From the IMG/VR virus record IMGVR_UViG_3300009163_000019: a DNA stretch of 64,000 bases; one strand, 5' to 3'. This DNA comes from a virus. The notes beneath the pieces were generated by a model. It searched no databases. It worked only from the letters and a program-made list of their open reading frames with translations, and was not told where the DNA came from. This document shows positions 19,401 to 29,644 of this stretch, one piece after another. The stretch's first letter is position 1, and the number at the start of each line of letters is the position of its first letter. Position numbers and translations under genes: made by a program.

Positions 19401-20652
19401 CTTTATTTGTGCTATCATAATAAGAAGCCGAGAATAGTAAAGATTGAGTTGTTGCTGTTGGAACAATAGACTCACTTCCTAAAAAATTAGCGGCTTCTGA
19501 TGAAGTTACTGAATATAATTGATATGGCTGAGTTGTTGTTGATTTAGGCCATGTCCAACTAGAAGAATTAAAATATAAAAAATATTCGTAGGTATCAAAT
19601 TTTTGTATAATATTATTTATAGAAGACTCTATATATCCTATAGAAGACGATACTATTAGTTGATTTCCTGACCCACCAGTTATTGATTGTTGTTGTATTA
19701 TTTGATTATTATAAGATTCTATTAATCCTAATTTATAAACAAAATTATTTACCCTTTCTGTAGCACTTGAAAAATGAATAAAATTGCTAAAATTACTATA
19801 ATCAACATTTATTTCGACAGACTTATCTTGATAATAACTAAGTAGTTTTTGATAAGAAGAACTTATATTACTAGATAATAAATTATTATAATTATAATAT
19901 GGCGTAGTTTGTCCATTTTTATTATTTATAACAACATTAAAATTTGGACCTCTTAAAGAATTTTCATTTTGTGTAGATTCTGCTTGAACTTGAATATTTA
20001 CATCAAAGCTAACAGATTCAGCTACTTTATCTACTATCCATAATTGAGTTTTTAAATCATAATCTGGAGATAATGGTGCATATAATTTAATTAAAAGATA
20101 ACCGCCATCTTCGTCTTCTGTGTATGCTACATTGTCTGCAATTATTATTTCATTATTTCCAAAATTAAGATAAAATACAGGATAATAATTTTTAGTTCCA
20201 ATATATGCTTGATACTGATTAAATCCATTTTTAATATCGGAATTACTTAATACTTGAGAAGCTAATTTTAATTCTGTTCTTGAAGTTGATATTTCTTTTA
20301 TCCAAAAGAATCTGCCAAATGCAGAGTTAAATAATCTTTTATGGAAATGATACTGTATATTTAAATTTCCTCTATTAAACCCTCTATTTTTTAAATCCGT
20401 TTCTGGATCTAATGTAAGACTGGGATAGGTATTATTTTTAGGATTAGCTGTTAAATATGGATAATAATCTGAGGCATCATAATCAAAGTCTAATAATTGT
20501 TTATTTTCATCATATATATATAACTCTAAATAATCATTTGTTGCTCCAAATTGTGTATTAATATAATCTGAAGTAACTAATTGTCTATCTAATGTAGATA
20601 AATTCTGTCTCTCTGTTCCTTGCCCTGCATATGTTATATTAACTAATTCCAT
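16447..20652 (-). CDS. Large baseplate wedge protein (gp7/P2 gpI-like)
   Basis: LPYLLKTKGTQRGIKALISTFG resembles the gpI/gp7 'KGT..G' motif; located next to the gp6 homolog. Confidence 0.6.
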   Translation of the reverse strand: MELVNITYAGQGTERQNLSTLDRQLVTSDYINTQFGATNDYLELYIYDENKQLLDFDYDASDYYPYLTANPKNNTYPSLTLDPETDLKNRGFNRGNLNIQYHFHKRLFNSAFGRFFWIKEISTSRTELKLASQVLSNSDIKNGFNQYQAYIGTKNYYPVFYLNFGNNEIIIADNVAYTEDEDGGYLLIKLYAPLSPDYDLKTQLWIVDKVAESVSFDVNIQVQAESTQNENSLRGPNFNVVINNKNGQTTPYYNYNNLLSSNISSSYQKLLSYYQDKSVEINVDYSNFSNFIHFSSATERVNNFVYKLGLIESYNNQIIQQQSITGGSGNQLIVSSSIGYIESSINNIIQKFDTYEYFLYFNSSSWTWPKSTTTQPYQLYSVTSSEAANFLGSESIVPTATTQSLLFSASYYDSTNKDLLHNSIPQYLLDDSSNTPYITFLDMIGQHFDNIWIYYKDLSNRYNATNNPDTGISLDIVSDALKGFGMQLYTNSNVSDNLYYTLFGINTDGGLLPPTGSELITNYVTSSLTTLPAATIQDELYKRLYHNLPYLLKTKGTQRGIKALISTFGIPEEILTVREFGGNPIDSVDGAFDLDTTDYKINISTGSNGNVSGSLALSSSLLSPYATLQFYDKDHRVNSTNIEVGFSPADTINTNITASQGFFDINQLIGSPGYQQSSSYAPLVSASNAYFANYTQPSSVWEYIRLIKFYNNSLFKMIKDFVPARANLSTGIIVKSHMLERNKYARYEPSMSLNMNYSQSIDMLYVEGSTGGALSGSTYWTGLITTPLGNVAYTSSQNYEQYTGELAGSEIVVTTGDAFDQSENSNLPATSSGVVTVSRGALYQNVTSSVRSLYLLDLDYTADQSKPVNFNIITGSLNNSQINNYADYTNPMSPYAYVQDYNYFLERSILPRYKGSQTVSATYTTYTVGDDSYGKTAAIDKIKYQYAYLVDIYSSSMFLPKRSNAQIKYVIDNNQNVLDLTKANNNIFSVQNIYKSGETSNISLFEYDERNPFSQQLVNNPTTTIYEGGFRYLPILHQVSGSRSTTTQSFSLDTPIPIIIQGSSGGGIDPNSPELKSSNWRVGYYVCEQDNGSESIYFSGVSASYHPNGASTPQAVTFDVYVYIMAAMSSNGTCGTLTERVLSINTGQTSDGTTIASDTSVLTPSGLGSGCSLETDPNARWSNSGFSRTCTKYIDGIEQRGGGGGGTTFTTTILTTNVSASQNCLYYLSQSKQIVFDSAIAYYYDYGLVYNSTSDDYWSTSPLERVITPFTLNVGDRISLYNTSSLGWDERFEYSIKNIIFTGSGVTGSRLIAEVDRSIDGALLSSGSGVPIDAFTGSPFRACRYVVWKHLPDETNVMLRYNPKDSTLVENGLLFPQYIDEVVQANAGNTVKALKQQNLIQ

Positions 20653-20990
20653 TACATTAATTGATTAATATTTGTGAATGTCTGATTAAGATCTAATAAT
20701 TGTTGGCGTAGTGAATTAATTTCTTCTATTAAAGCCTGTTTTTCTGCATCTATTACAGATCCTCCTATATATTGTTGACTTCTTTCTACTAAATATATAT
20801 GAGAATTTATGTCTCCTTCAACAGGTATATTAAAAAATAATTCATCATAATATCTAAAAAAATCATCTACTGATATAGCTGCTTGAGTGTCTACTACTAC
20901 AGGAGTTATTAATTCTGTAAAACGAGTATCAATAGCTTTTGAATAAGTATTAAGACCATAAATTTGTTTTATTAAATCTACATTTGCCAT
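20652..20990 (-). CDS. Hypothetical protein (baseplate operon)
   Basis: ORF coupled by TAATG overlaps on both sides; C-terminal coiled coil. Confidence 0.7.
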   Translation of the reverse strand: MANVDLIKQIYGLNTYSKAIDTRFTELITPVVVDTQAAISVDDFFRYYDELFFNIPVEGDINSHIYLVERSQQYIGGSVIDAEKQALIEEINSLRQQLLDLNQTFTNINQLM

Positions 20991-22111
20991 TATCTAACTA
21001 CTTTAAAAATTAAATCATTATCTATATCATAAGATTCACCATCAGACATTACTGTTCTTATAAGTACTTTATAATATCTTTCTGGTTCAAGGCCTGACAT
21101 ATATAAGTAAAAATAACTATTTGTTCCATCGCAACTTATTTTAGTAAACGATGTATCAAAATCTATAACCATATCATTGTTTTTAGCATCTTGAATAGCC
21201 CAATAAGAAGTTTCAGGAAGTGCTTTATTTGTTGTATAAAAAGAAGATGTTGTAAATGTTCTAGGAGGGTATTTATCCCTCGCATTAATTATCATTTTAT
21301 ATTTACCAGTTCCATATTTGTAATTAGATATATTATTACCTAATGTTATTACATTATCAGAATTATCAATAACTGATAAAGTACCAGTATTATAAGAACT
21401 ATCGTCCCACTTCATTTCAATAGTAGGTGGATAAATAGTATGTGTATCTACTGAAAAGAAACTTAACGCTATGTAACTATTTGGATTTTGTTCTATTGAA
21501 TTTGGGTGTTTTATAATAAATCCATAATTAGGAAAATTATTAAACCAAGCATCTACTATAGGTTGAACATTTACATTTATATCTTTATTATCTTTATAAC
21601 TAAAAGATTGTGTGTAAACTGTGCCTTCCCAAGAACCTCCACCAGGAGTTAAATAATAAGAACCTGAAACCCCAAAAGAGTTATATCCCCAGTTATTACT
21701 TGCAGATGTAAAAGATCCAGTACTATACCAACAACAACCATTTCTAGTTTCTGGTACATCCGCGGCTTTTCCCGTTCCCATAGTCCAAGAATCATGAACT
21801 TGGGCAATTTGTAAACTATAACTAGTATTTAAGTTTTCAGCATTTGCTAAATATAATCTTAAATTTGCTTGCCAAGAGCCAGTTCTAAATGATTTAAGTG
21901 TTTGTAAATCATTATTATCAAATAATATTAATGATCTTCTTAAGTCATCACTTAATAAAGGTTCTGTTGGAACAGATTCTACAAAATAATTTAAAGGTGT
22001 AGATGAATTTTTTACCGATACCTCAAGTATTTCATCTAATCCAGCGTTTAAAGCAGGATGACTAGAATATATAGAAGCGTCAGCTGAGGCAAATATTTTA
22101 TATACGGCCAT
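20990..22111 (-). CDS. Virion structural protein with a DNRLRE/CBM-like beta domain
   Basis: ADASIY...N.G.DEILEV...RSLILFD...ANLRLY...NYGFII pattern. Confidence 0.55.
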   Translation of the reverse strand: MAVYKIFASADASIYSSHPALNAGLDEILEVSVKNSSTPLNYFVESVPTEPLLSDDLRRSLILFDNNDLQTLKSFRTGSWQANLRLYLANAENLNTSYSLQIAQVHDSWTMGTGKAADVPETRNGCCWYSTGSFTSASNNWGYNSFGVSGSYYLTPGGGSWEGTVYTQSFSYKDNKDINVNVQPIVDAWFNNFPNYGFIIKHPNSIEQNPNSYIALSFFSVDTHTIYPPTIEMKWDDSSYNTGTLSVIDNSDNVITLGNNISNYKYGTGKYKMIINARDKYPPRTFTTSSFYTTNKALPETSYWAIQDAKNNDMVIDFDTSFTKISCDGTNSYFYLYMSGLEPERYYKVLIRTVMSDGESYDIDNDLIFKVVR

Positions 22112-22121
22112 TTTTTTATTT

Positions 22122-23978
22122 TTATAATGTTACTACTCTACCTTGAATATCAGTATCAGGATATTTAACCTCAAATATAGAAGGATCTAATGACGGATAT
22201 ATTACGTTATTTAAAGTACCTGCAGAAATATCATAAGCATACTTAGAATATCCGCTAGCTTCTCCTGTTTTATTTATTATTTTAACATCTTTTACAGTTT
22301 GAACACCTTCTACTTGATCTAATGTTGAATATAGATCACCTAATATAATAGGCTGATTTATTTGCCAATTATCCGTATTAAAGAAGTTTTGCACTTGAAT
22401 TAAACATCTAGCAATAACATCCTGACTTGTATAGTTGGGTCTTATAATGATATCAAAATTACAACCTATGTTTATAATATATCCAGGTTTCATATTGATA
22501 GCATCAGTCATCATTCTATAATCAAAAAGATACGTTTGTATATTTTTTAAAAGAGCAGGAGATGGATCTGCTAATTGTCCTGCATTGTTTAATCCTAGAA
22601 CATATAGACTAATTAGCATTTGATCTTTCTGACTAACGTCAGCATCCATGTATTTATTATATGTTGCGTCATCCTTTGTTACATAAGCCTTAGATACCTT
22701 TCCATATTGTCCAGGCATACTAAGAGTCCTAGCCAAATAATCTTGTTGAGTAACAGCTCTTAATTGAGTAGGAAATTCATTTGCAATATTAAATCTTAAT
22801 TCTTGAACTGAATCACCATCTCCGCCCCCAACTGCAGGACTTGGATTATTTACTGCTATAGTATTTTGATACGTAGTATTTCCTGATACTGTATATGATG
22901 CTACTTGATTTAATTGATTTGATAAAGCATTTGCACTAGCTCCACCGCCTACTAAATAATTAAAAGTAATAGTTGTATTTTTAGGAGCTATACCATATGT
23001 TTGTGTAGTTACAAAATTTGTTGGATCAAATGAACTGGATAATTGACTAAGACCGCCGGCTGTTAATCCTACACTGATGCTACTAGGATTCGGAATTACT
23101 GCTGTATCTGCCACTGAATTTATACCAGCACCAAATTCTATTTCTAAAGATCCGTCAGTTCTAAATCTTGAAACAAAACGTCTAGGAACCTGTAGTTTTT
23201 GAATTATATAAGGTACTTGATTTGAATATTGATATAAACTAGGATAGTTTGTAGCCGTATTTTGAACTGGTGTTAATATATAATCTTGTGCTAAATAAGG
23301 AACTTCATACCATGTATTACCATCTGAATCTACAGCATTTAATATAGATATTATTGAGCTATCTTGAATAGTTATTGTAGAAAATCTTTTAGGAGAAGAA
23401 AATGTAGCCGGATAAGTTTTTACTTGTCCTGATAATGCTTGTGCTGTTTTCTTTAACAAGTAAGATATTGCGTTACCAGTGCCATCTACATTATAAACTT
23501 CTATAGTTGTAGGATCATAAGATGATGATGTGCTAAAATCTACTTTTTGTGGAATAAAAAATAAAACAGAACTATTAACATTTGATTTTATTTGCATTCC
23601 TTGATTTATAGTCATAGCATAAGAAAAATCAGGAACCTCATCTATACCAGAAGTAAGTGACGGTACTTGTTGATAAACATCAATATCTACTATAGCAGCA
23701 GAAGTTACTTTAGGTCTATATCCCATCATATATGCTAGGGAATATAAATTATTTTTTTGTTTAGCATATTGTAAAAAAGTTTCTTGAAGTTGATTATCTA
23801 AATAAAAAGACATAACGTCTCCTACATAAGAAGCCATTTCAATAAACATACTACCAGGACTAGCTTGTGTAAAGTCATTATATACTGTCGGATAGTATGC
23901 TTTTGCATATTCTATCAAATCAGATTTGAAAGAACTAAAGTCTTTATTTAAATACTTAATATCTATTTCGTTAGCCAT
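22122..23978 (-). CDS. Baseplate wedge protein (T4 gp6 / baseplate J-like)
   Basis: DF...SPGSMFIEMASYVGDV.SFY, GGGDGDS...R....QLRAVTQQDY; directly follows gp25. Confidence 0.88.
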   Translation of the reverse strand: MANEIDIKYLNKDFSSFKSDLIEYAKAYYPTVYNDFTQASPGSMFIEMASYVGDVMSFYLDNQLQETFLQYAKQKNNLYSLAYMMGYRPKVTSAAIVDIDVYQQVPSLTSGIDEVPDFSYAMTINQGMQIKSNVNSSVLFFIPQKVDFSTSSSYDPTTIEVYNVDGTGNAISYLLKKTAQALSGQVKTYPATFSSPKRFSTITIQDSSIISILNAVDSDGNTWYEVPYLAQDYILTPVQNTATNYPSLYQYSNQVPYIIQKLQVPRRFVSRFRTDGSLEIEFGAGINSVADTAVIPNPSSISVGLTAGGLSQLSSSFDPTNFVTTQTYGIAPKNTTITFNYLVGGGASANALSNQLNQVASYTVSGNTTYQNTIAVNNPSPAVGGGDGDSVQELRFNIANEFPTQLRAVTQQDYLARTLSMPGQYGKVSKAYVTKDDATYNKYMDADVSQKDQMLISLYVLGLNNAGQLADPSPALLKNIQTYLFDYRMMTDAINMKPGYIINIGCNFDIIIRPNYTSQDVIARCLIQVQNFFNTDNWQINQPIILGDLYSTLDQVEGVQTVKDVKIINKTGEASGYSKYAYDISAGTLNNVIYPSLDPSIFEVKYPDTDIQGRVVTL

Positions 23979-23981
23979 TTT

Positions 23982-24395
23982 TTACATATTTTGTATAGTC
24001 AATACAACTGAATCATTTTCATTTGATCTTAATAATCGATAACTAAATTTTATATTTATTGAATTATAATCAGGTTCACCTATGATATCTAATTGAACTA
24101 CTTTAATTTGTGGAAAGTAATTTTCCATTTGTGTCATTATAGATTGCCTTAAGTCTTCAAATGTATACTGATCTATCTGTTCAAACAATCTAGATCTCAA
24201 TCCGGCACCAAATGTAGGATTAAATGGCCTTTCTCTAGGATCAGTAAGTAAATAATTTATTATATTATATTTAGTCTGTTCCTTAGTTGTGTATATAGAT
24301 TGAAATACAGCATCTGACGAGAATGGTATTTTAACACCTATTCCTGTTGATGGTTTAAGATCTAAAGGCGATATTTTTTTTAATCCGTATGCCAT
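23982..24395 (-). CDS. Baseplate wedge subunit (gp25/GPW)
   Basis: NYLLT..RERPFNPTFGAGLRSRLFE...YFPQI. Confidence 0.88.
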   Translation of the reverse strand: MAYGLKKISPLDLKPSTGIGVKIPFSSDAVFQSIYTTKEQTKYNIINYLLTDPRERPFNPTFGAGLRSRLFEQIDQYTFEDLRQSIMTQMENYFPQIKVVQLDIIGEPDYNSINIKFSYRLLRSNENDSVVLTIQNM

Positions 24396-24847
24396 TAAAT
24401 TTGTCCTTGTGCTTTAAGTTTTGACATTAATCCACTAAAATCAGGTACTTCATTTATTTGAACTGCATCTAAATTTGAACTGGCTCTAGCTGTTCCAAGC
24501 ATACCTTCTACAGATCCTACGCTAACCTCAGCTGGCTGAAATACCATAGTTGGACTAACATGATCAGTACTAAATGACATCATATTATCTGAAACCATAT
24601 CCATTGCGGTCTCATTCAATAGGCTTGCCATAGGATTATTTCCTTGGAATTTAACACCCGCAACAGGATTAGACCTTTGTGTATTAAGTGTACCAGGTAT
24701 CTTTGTTTTAACCTCTTCTTGTAAAGCTTTTTGCCTATCTATATAAGCAGGTTGTTTTGTCTCCTTTAATATTTTAGGGAGTTCTTCTTTTAGAACCGCA
24801 CGGAGTTCTTCTCTGATTAGTTTTCTTAATAATTCTACTTGTGCCAT
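24395..24847 (-). CDS. Hypothetical protein with an LRKLIREE...LKEE N-terminal motif
   Basis: Clean ORF with the late motif at 24853-24860. Confidence 0.7.
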   Translation of the reverse strand: MAQVELLRKLIREELRAVLKEELPKILKETKQPAYIDRQKALQEEVKTKIPGTLNTQRSNPVAGVKFQGNNPMASLLNETAMDMVSDNMMSFSTDHVSPTMVFQPAEVSVGSVEGMLGTARASSNLDAVQINEVPDFSGLMSKLKAQGQI

Positions 24848-24865
24848 ATGTTATAAATATTATTT

Positions 24866-26902
24866 TTAACCGTTTTTAAGTTTCTTTATTTGGTCGTCTA
24901 TCTCTTTTATTTTTTTTAGTGAGGCGGCAGTAATTATTGGATTTAAACTAACAGCTATTGCTGCTATAAGTTTTTTCTTCTCTGTTTCTAGTTCTTCTAC
25001 TTTTAATTTATTATTTTCAACTTGTTTTTCTTTAATAATACTATTTGAGTATTTACCATTTGGGTCTGTCTTTTTTAGATCTTTTATAAACTGCTCATTA
25101 TTTTTAATCATTTGCTTCCTCATTCTTCTTCTAAGAGCCTTTCCTCCTGGAAGATTATTAACAAAAGCATTTAAACCTAGACCCTGATCAGGATCTTCAT
25201 TATCAGGATCATCTAATCCTGAATTTAGGCTACTTAGTCCTAAATCATCAATATTAATGTCTATATCTCCTACATAATTAAGTGACTCATTCATAGTTTC
25301 TATGTCTTCAGCACCAAGAGAGCTGAATTGTGATTTAACAAATCCATTAGATACTAATAAAACTTTTACTTCATTTATTATTATTTCGTCTAATGATGCA
25401 AATGTTGGAGTAGATTGAACTACTAGGACTCCATTTAAATCTAAAGCTATTCCGTATCTTCTTTTTAAAGGAATACCTTCATCGTTTATTTGCTCGTCTA
25501 CTATTTTAATTTGATATGTTCCAAAATTTCTGTTAAGCCTTTCTTTATTTGATTCATATTCAGATACAAATTTTTGTAGTGAATTTGCAGTTTCAACTAA
25601 ATTATTAATAGTATCTTTAATTTCTTCAGCTAAAGCAGGATCTATATTATCACAATTTTCTATATTTAATAAAATTAATTCTAGCTTTCCTATTATATTT
25701 GCCATTCCAGATATAAGAGTAATAGCAAATAAAGAAATATAACTTAATACAGAATTAATCTGTCCTAATCTTCTTATAAGTTTTCTATTTCCTAATTCTG
25801 TTATTGTATCTTGAAATTTACTTGAAAATCCTGTAGTTACTCCTACAGTTGTTACTATATTACCTATTGGAAGTGCTAATAAAAATGCTTTAATAGTATT
25901 AAATATTTGTATTAAAAACATTAATAATTTAATAATAAACTGAGCTGAACTTATATATCCTAAAATTTTTCTACCTACTGAATTAATATTATTAGCAGTC
26001 TTTAATATTGATTTTAGTAACGGTATTAATTTATTTACAGGTATTAATTTACTTAGTTTAGCTATCTCATCAGAAACTGCACCTCCTGTAAAAGTATCGG
26101 CAAGACTTATAACAGAGGATACATTATTTAAACCTTGTATAGCAATAGCAACCCCTCTAATTTTATCTACTGTATTTATAATCTTTTGAAGTTCTGAATT
26201 AGGGATTTGTCTAAGATCAGTATACTTATTAAATACTCCTAATGAGTTTTGTAAAAAGTTATTAAACGTAGAAATTTGTGGATATGCAGTAGATAGATCT
26301 GGATCATTTAGTCCTGTCCCTGGATCTATTAATTCTTTAAATGAATTTGATATCTCTTTTGTTAAAGCATAAAGACCTAATTTACTATTTGGATTTTTTG
26401 CGTCTCCATACTGAGTATAATAATCGTCTATATATGATTGAATTTGAAATGCTTTATTTTGTATAAACCACTTTTTTTTACCTAAAGAATCAGTAGGTAT
26501 TTGAGCTTTTGGATCAAATTTAGTACCAGCAGGTATTTCATTTATAGCATAATTTATTAGATTACAGAAATCAACACCGGCAACTATTTCAAGAAGTTTA
26601 ATTATTCCTTTATCTAATGCTTTTTTAATAGGATTAATCTCATTTTCTTTAACAGTATACGATCCATATAATATTTGATTTGTTTTTACCTGTGCCTTAA
26701 TTATAAAATTTCTTGTTACTCCAATTGCTTTTTCTAATCCTTTAGCATAAGTTATGTTTATATCTTTTGCATCTCTACTTAGTGCTACTACAGGAGTTTT
26801 TTTTGCAGTTTCTAAAACCGCAGGATTTAGTTTAGTAGCTACACTAGTAGGAGCACTAACTTTAGTTTTATTTGTAATTGGTATTGTTACTTTTTCTGCC
26901 AT
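24866..26902 (-). CDS. Large helical virion protein with a central hydrophobic segment (start likely ATG 26902)
   Basis: In the baseplate operon; hydrophobic stretch FIIKLLMFLIQIFNTIKAFLLALPIG. Confidence 0.6.
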   Translation of the reverse strand: MAEKVTIPITNKTKVSAPTSVATKLNPAVLETAKKTPVVALSRDAKDINITYAKGLEKAIGVTRNFIIKAQVKTNQILYGSYTVKENEINPIKKALDKGIIKLLEIVAGVDFCNLINYAINEIPAGTKFDPKAQIPTDSLGKKKWFIQNKAFQIQSYIDDYYTQYGDAKNPNSKLGLYALTKEISNSFKELIDPGTGLNDPDLSTAYPQISTFNNFLQNSLGVFNKYTDLRQIPNSELQKIINTVDKIRGVAIAIQGLNNVSSVISLADTFTGGAVSDEIAKLSKLIPVNKLIPLLKSILKTANNINSVGRKILGYISSAQFIIKLLMFLIQIFNTIKAFLLALPIGNIVTTVGVTTGFSSKFQDTITELGNRKLIRRLGQINSVLSYISLFAITLISGMANIIGKLELILLNIENCDNIDPALAEEIKDTINNLVETANSLQKFVSEYESNKERLNRNFGTYQIKIVDEQINDEGIPLKRRYGIALDLNGVLVVQSTPTFASLDEIIINEVKVLLVSNGFVKSQFSSLGAEDIETMNESLNYVGDIDINIDDLGLSSLNSGLDDPDNEDPDQGLGLNAFVNNLPGGKALRRRMRKQMIKNNEQFIKDLKKTDPNGKYSNSIIKEKQVENNKLKVEELETEKKKLIAAIAVSLNPIITAASLKKIKEIDDQIKKLKNG

Positions 26903-26903
26903 T

Positions 26904-27335
26904 TTATCTTGTAAATGTATTTTTAGATAAAATTGATTCAGCAATTAACGCATTTTGAAAACTTTGTGCGGTTCCAATTAATAATTTACCAGCTCCTGCT
27001 ATATCACTCATTGTGGGTCCTAAATTTTCTGAAGATGCCTTACTTAAATTTCCTCCTATTTGTATAAGACTGTTTAAAAGAATTTGTAATTGTATAGTTA
27101 ATGTTCTTCCTAATATAACAGGTTCACCTAATACTTTTGCTTCGTGGCCTAATTCTATATTAGGTGAATCTACTTTAACTCCATCTATAGCATCAAGATT
27201 TATTGTCTTAGTAGATGATAAAGATACAGCTTGTTTTCCAAATAAGAATATCGCATCTGATTTAGAATGCAATGTTACCCTATCAGAAGATATTATAATT
27301 TGATTACCTTTATATGGAAATTCTGGTTTAAACAT
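26904..27335 (-). CDS. Baseplate spike (gp5-like) C-terminal beta-helix portion
   Basis: Short beta-repeats QIIISSDRVTLHSKSDAIFLFGKQAVSL...INLDA...VDSPNIELG...EPVILG. Confidence 0.55.
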   Translation of the reverse strand: MFKPEFPYKGNQIIISSDRVTLHSKSDAIFLFGKQAVSLSSTKTINLDAIDGVKVDSPNIELGHEAKVLGEPVILGRTLTIQLQILLNSLIQIGGNLSKASSENLGPTMSDIAGAGKLLIGTAQSFQNALIAESILSKNTFTR

Positions 27336-28234
27336 TATTTATTACTATTTTCATCTTGAAACTGTGCTGATATTACTTCATCAGATATAGGAGGTTTTGC
27401 TATTTGTAATACTGGTTGTATTATAGGATTTATAATTCCTCTAAATGATCTAAGAGGGAATAAATTAATGTCCTCTAAATTTATTTCTTGTCCTGCGGTT
27501 AAATATATAGATGATTTATCTTTATTTATATCTTCTACTATAGGATCAAATTTAGTTATTGTTTTACGCTCTCCTTGACCATTAACAATAATAGTTATAG
27601 GATCTCCATTGTTACCTGAATTAGACCAATTATTACTTTTTTTCATTACTGGAACTGTACTTCCAAATCTTATAGACTGTCCAAATCTAGCCTGTAAAAT
27701 AGTATCCCCTTCAAAAGGTTGTAAATTTTTTACTTCTTGATTTTCTTCAAATGTATATCCAAGAGGTAAACTACGACCTTTAGTTTTTGATCCAGGATAT
27801 CCGGCCTGATTAGAAAACTGTTTTAAATATTGCGCATATTCAGACATATTAGGGAATGCTGAATGATTAGCATGATTCCATAATTGATATGGAGGAAAAT
27901 AGAAAAATTGTTGATTAGAAGCCTTATCATTTAATTTTTCTGTAGGTCCCAATAATATAAGAACTATCTCATTTACTATCGGGTATTGTTTTAAAAAATT
28001 AAATATTGGCCATGCTGGTTCAGATACTTCTTCAGATTTTGAGGTTCCTAATGGAGAATATAATAATTCATATTTTATTTTCCCTATATCAGCAGGACTA
28101 CCATAATCAGGATCTTTTTGTTTAGTATCACCTTTATATGGCCCTAAAACAATAGATTTTACTCTTCCAACTTGTAAAAAGTGGCCCTCGGATTTTCCAT
28201 TCTCTTGTAATTGTGGTCCAAATATATATCCCAT
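27335..28234 (-). CDS. Baseplate hub/spike (gp5-like) N-terminal OB-fold portion
   Basis: YPIVNEIVLI, FEGDTILQARFGQSIRFG; upstream of gp25/gp6. Confidence 0.55.
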   Translation of the reverse strand: MGYIFGPQLQENGKSEGHFLQVGRVKSIVLGPYKGDTKQKDPDYGSPADIGKIKYELLYSPLGTSKSEEVSEPAWPIFNFLKQYPIVNEIVLILLGPTEKLNDKASNQQFFYFPPYQLWNHANHSAFPNMSEYAQYLKQFSNQAGYPGSKTKGRSLPLGYTFEENQEVKNLQPFEGDTILQARFGQSIRFGSTVPVMKKSNNWSNSGNNGDPITIIVNGQGERKTITKFDPIVEDINKDKSSIYLTAGQEINLEDINLFPLRSFRGIINPIIQPVLQIAKPPISDEVISAQFQDENSNK

Positions 28235-28596
28235 TATGCGCTAGGTAGTTGTTTAGGATCTTTAACTTTTAATGTTGTAACCTCACTAAAGAGTTGCTCT
28301 ATGTCCTTTTCAGTAAGTATTCCGCTATCTTCAGCACCATCTTTTTTAGAATCAGCAGAGTCTTTTTGAAATACGGTAAGTAGCTTCATTAGTACTTCGT
28401 CATTCTTTAAGCTAGAATCAAAGAAGCCTTTTAATAGAGGAACAATAACAATAGCGTCTCCGGCTGTTTCGATCATATCTGTTAGCCTCAAAATCTCGTC
28501 TCGTAGTGTTTTATCTTGATTTTTGTGCTTGTTATATACCTCTTCCACGAGGTCTGCGATGGTTTTATCTTTAAATAGTACTTTATCTAATTCCAT
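28234..28596 (-). CDS. Hypothetical helical protein
   Basis: Clean ORF with the late motif at 28607-28614. Confidence 0.7.
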   Translation of the reverse strand: MELDKVLFKDKTIADLVEEVYNKHKNQDKTLRDEILRLTDMIETAGDAIVIVPLLKGFFDSSLKNDEVLMKLLTVFQKDSADSKKDGAEDSGILTEKDIEQLFSEVTTLKVKDPKQLPSA

Positions 28597-28614
28597 GACT
28601 TTTAGAATAAATAT

Positions 28615-29370
28615 TTAGTAATCATTATTTTCTAAATAGTTGTCAAGGATTCGTTTATATATAGTTTTTAGGCGCTTTATTACTTTGGTTATTGTATTAG
28701 ATTGTGCGTCTGTCATCTCTTTTACATAAATAAAGACCGCTTTTTTATTAAAAATGTCTATATTTTCTCTTTTTTTAAATATTTCTAGTATTGCATCAGC
28801 TATTTTAAGTTCATCATTCTTTTCAAAAAGTTCTAGTAAATTATCGTCTACGTATTTAATAAATAGCTCGACAATCTCTAATTTATCCAATTCCGGTTCA
28901 GGTTCTTTAACAATAATACTATTTACAAGAGCATTATCGTCATTTTGTTCGCCTATTTCTGCCTTAGATACTAACTTTTTATAGTTTTTTTGATTATAAA
29001 TGATCAAATATCTCTTAGCAATAGTGCCAAAATAAGAATATGCCTTACCTTTTGATTGATCATAAAGGTCTAATTTTTGTAAAAGAAAAGAAATAACCTC
29101 ATATTTTAAATCCTCAATATTATCAACCTCTGTATAATAGAATTTAAATGTATGTATAATATTTTCTACTAATTTATAAAACCCATAATGGATATCTTGA
29201 TTATAAATCTTGTTTCTTTCCGCTAAAGAACCACTCTTTCTATATCTAAGAATAGCTTCCTCAGTTTCAGAAGTAAAATAATTATTTTTTACCTTTGGTT
29301 TTCTTTTCCTAGGCTCTCCTTTTTTAGTTAACAGTAAAATCTCTTCCTCATTTCCTAATTTTGCTTCCAT
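28615..29370 (-). CDS. Phage sigma factor, T4 gp55-like
   Basis: NNYFT..EEAI..Y and a region-2-like segment LDLYDQSKGKAYSYFGTIAKRYLI. Confidence 0.65.
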   Translation of the reverse strand: MEAKLGNEEEILLLTKKGEPRKRKPKVKNNYFTSETEEAILRYRKSGSLAERNKIYNQDIHYGFYKLVENIIHTFKFYYTEVDNIEDLKYEVISFLLQKLDLYDQSKGKAYSYFGTIAKRYLIIYNQKNYKKLVSKAEIGEQNDDNALVNSIIVKEPEPELDKLEIVELFIKYVDDNLLELFEKNDELKIADAILEIFKKRENIDIFNKKAVFIYVKEMTDAQSNTITKVIKRLKTIYKRILDNYLENNDY

Positions 29371-29371
29371 A

Positions 29372-29644
29372 TTAAGAGTCTATAAATTGATTAATTGATG
29401 TTTGCATAGTTTTGACATTTTCCATAAGTAGTAAAAACTCAGGATCTGATTGAACCCATAACTTAGAGTCTATTTGCTCAGCCGCCTTATTAATATCTCT
29501 CATGGATTCTTTAATTCCATTAATAAAAGTTTGCTGATTCAAAACTATTGCTTCTAATTTTTTATTTTTTTGAAATAAATTCCAAATTATGTATCCTATT
29601 ACGGATACTATCCATATTGATATTGAAAAGATTAGTGTTGTCAT
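29372..29644 (-). CDS. Small membrane-anchored protein
   Basis: N-terminal TM helix followed by a coiled coil. Confidence 0.65.
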   Translation of the reverse strand: MTTLIFSISIWIVSVIGYIIWNLFQKNKKLEAIVLNQQTFINGIKESMRDINKAAEQIDSKLWVQSDPEFLLLMENVKTMQTSINQFIDS

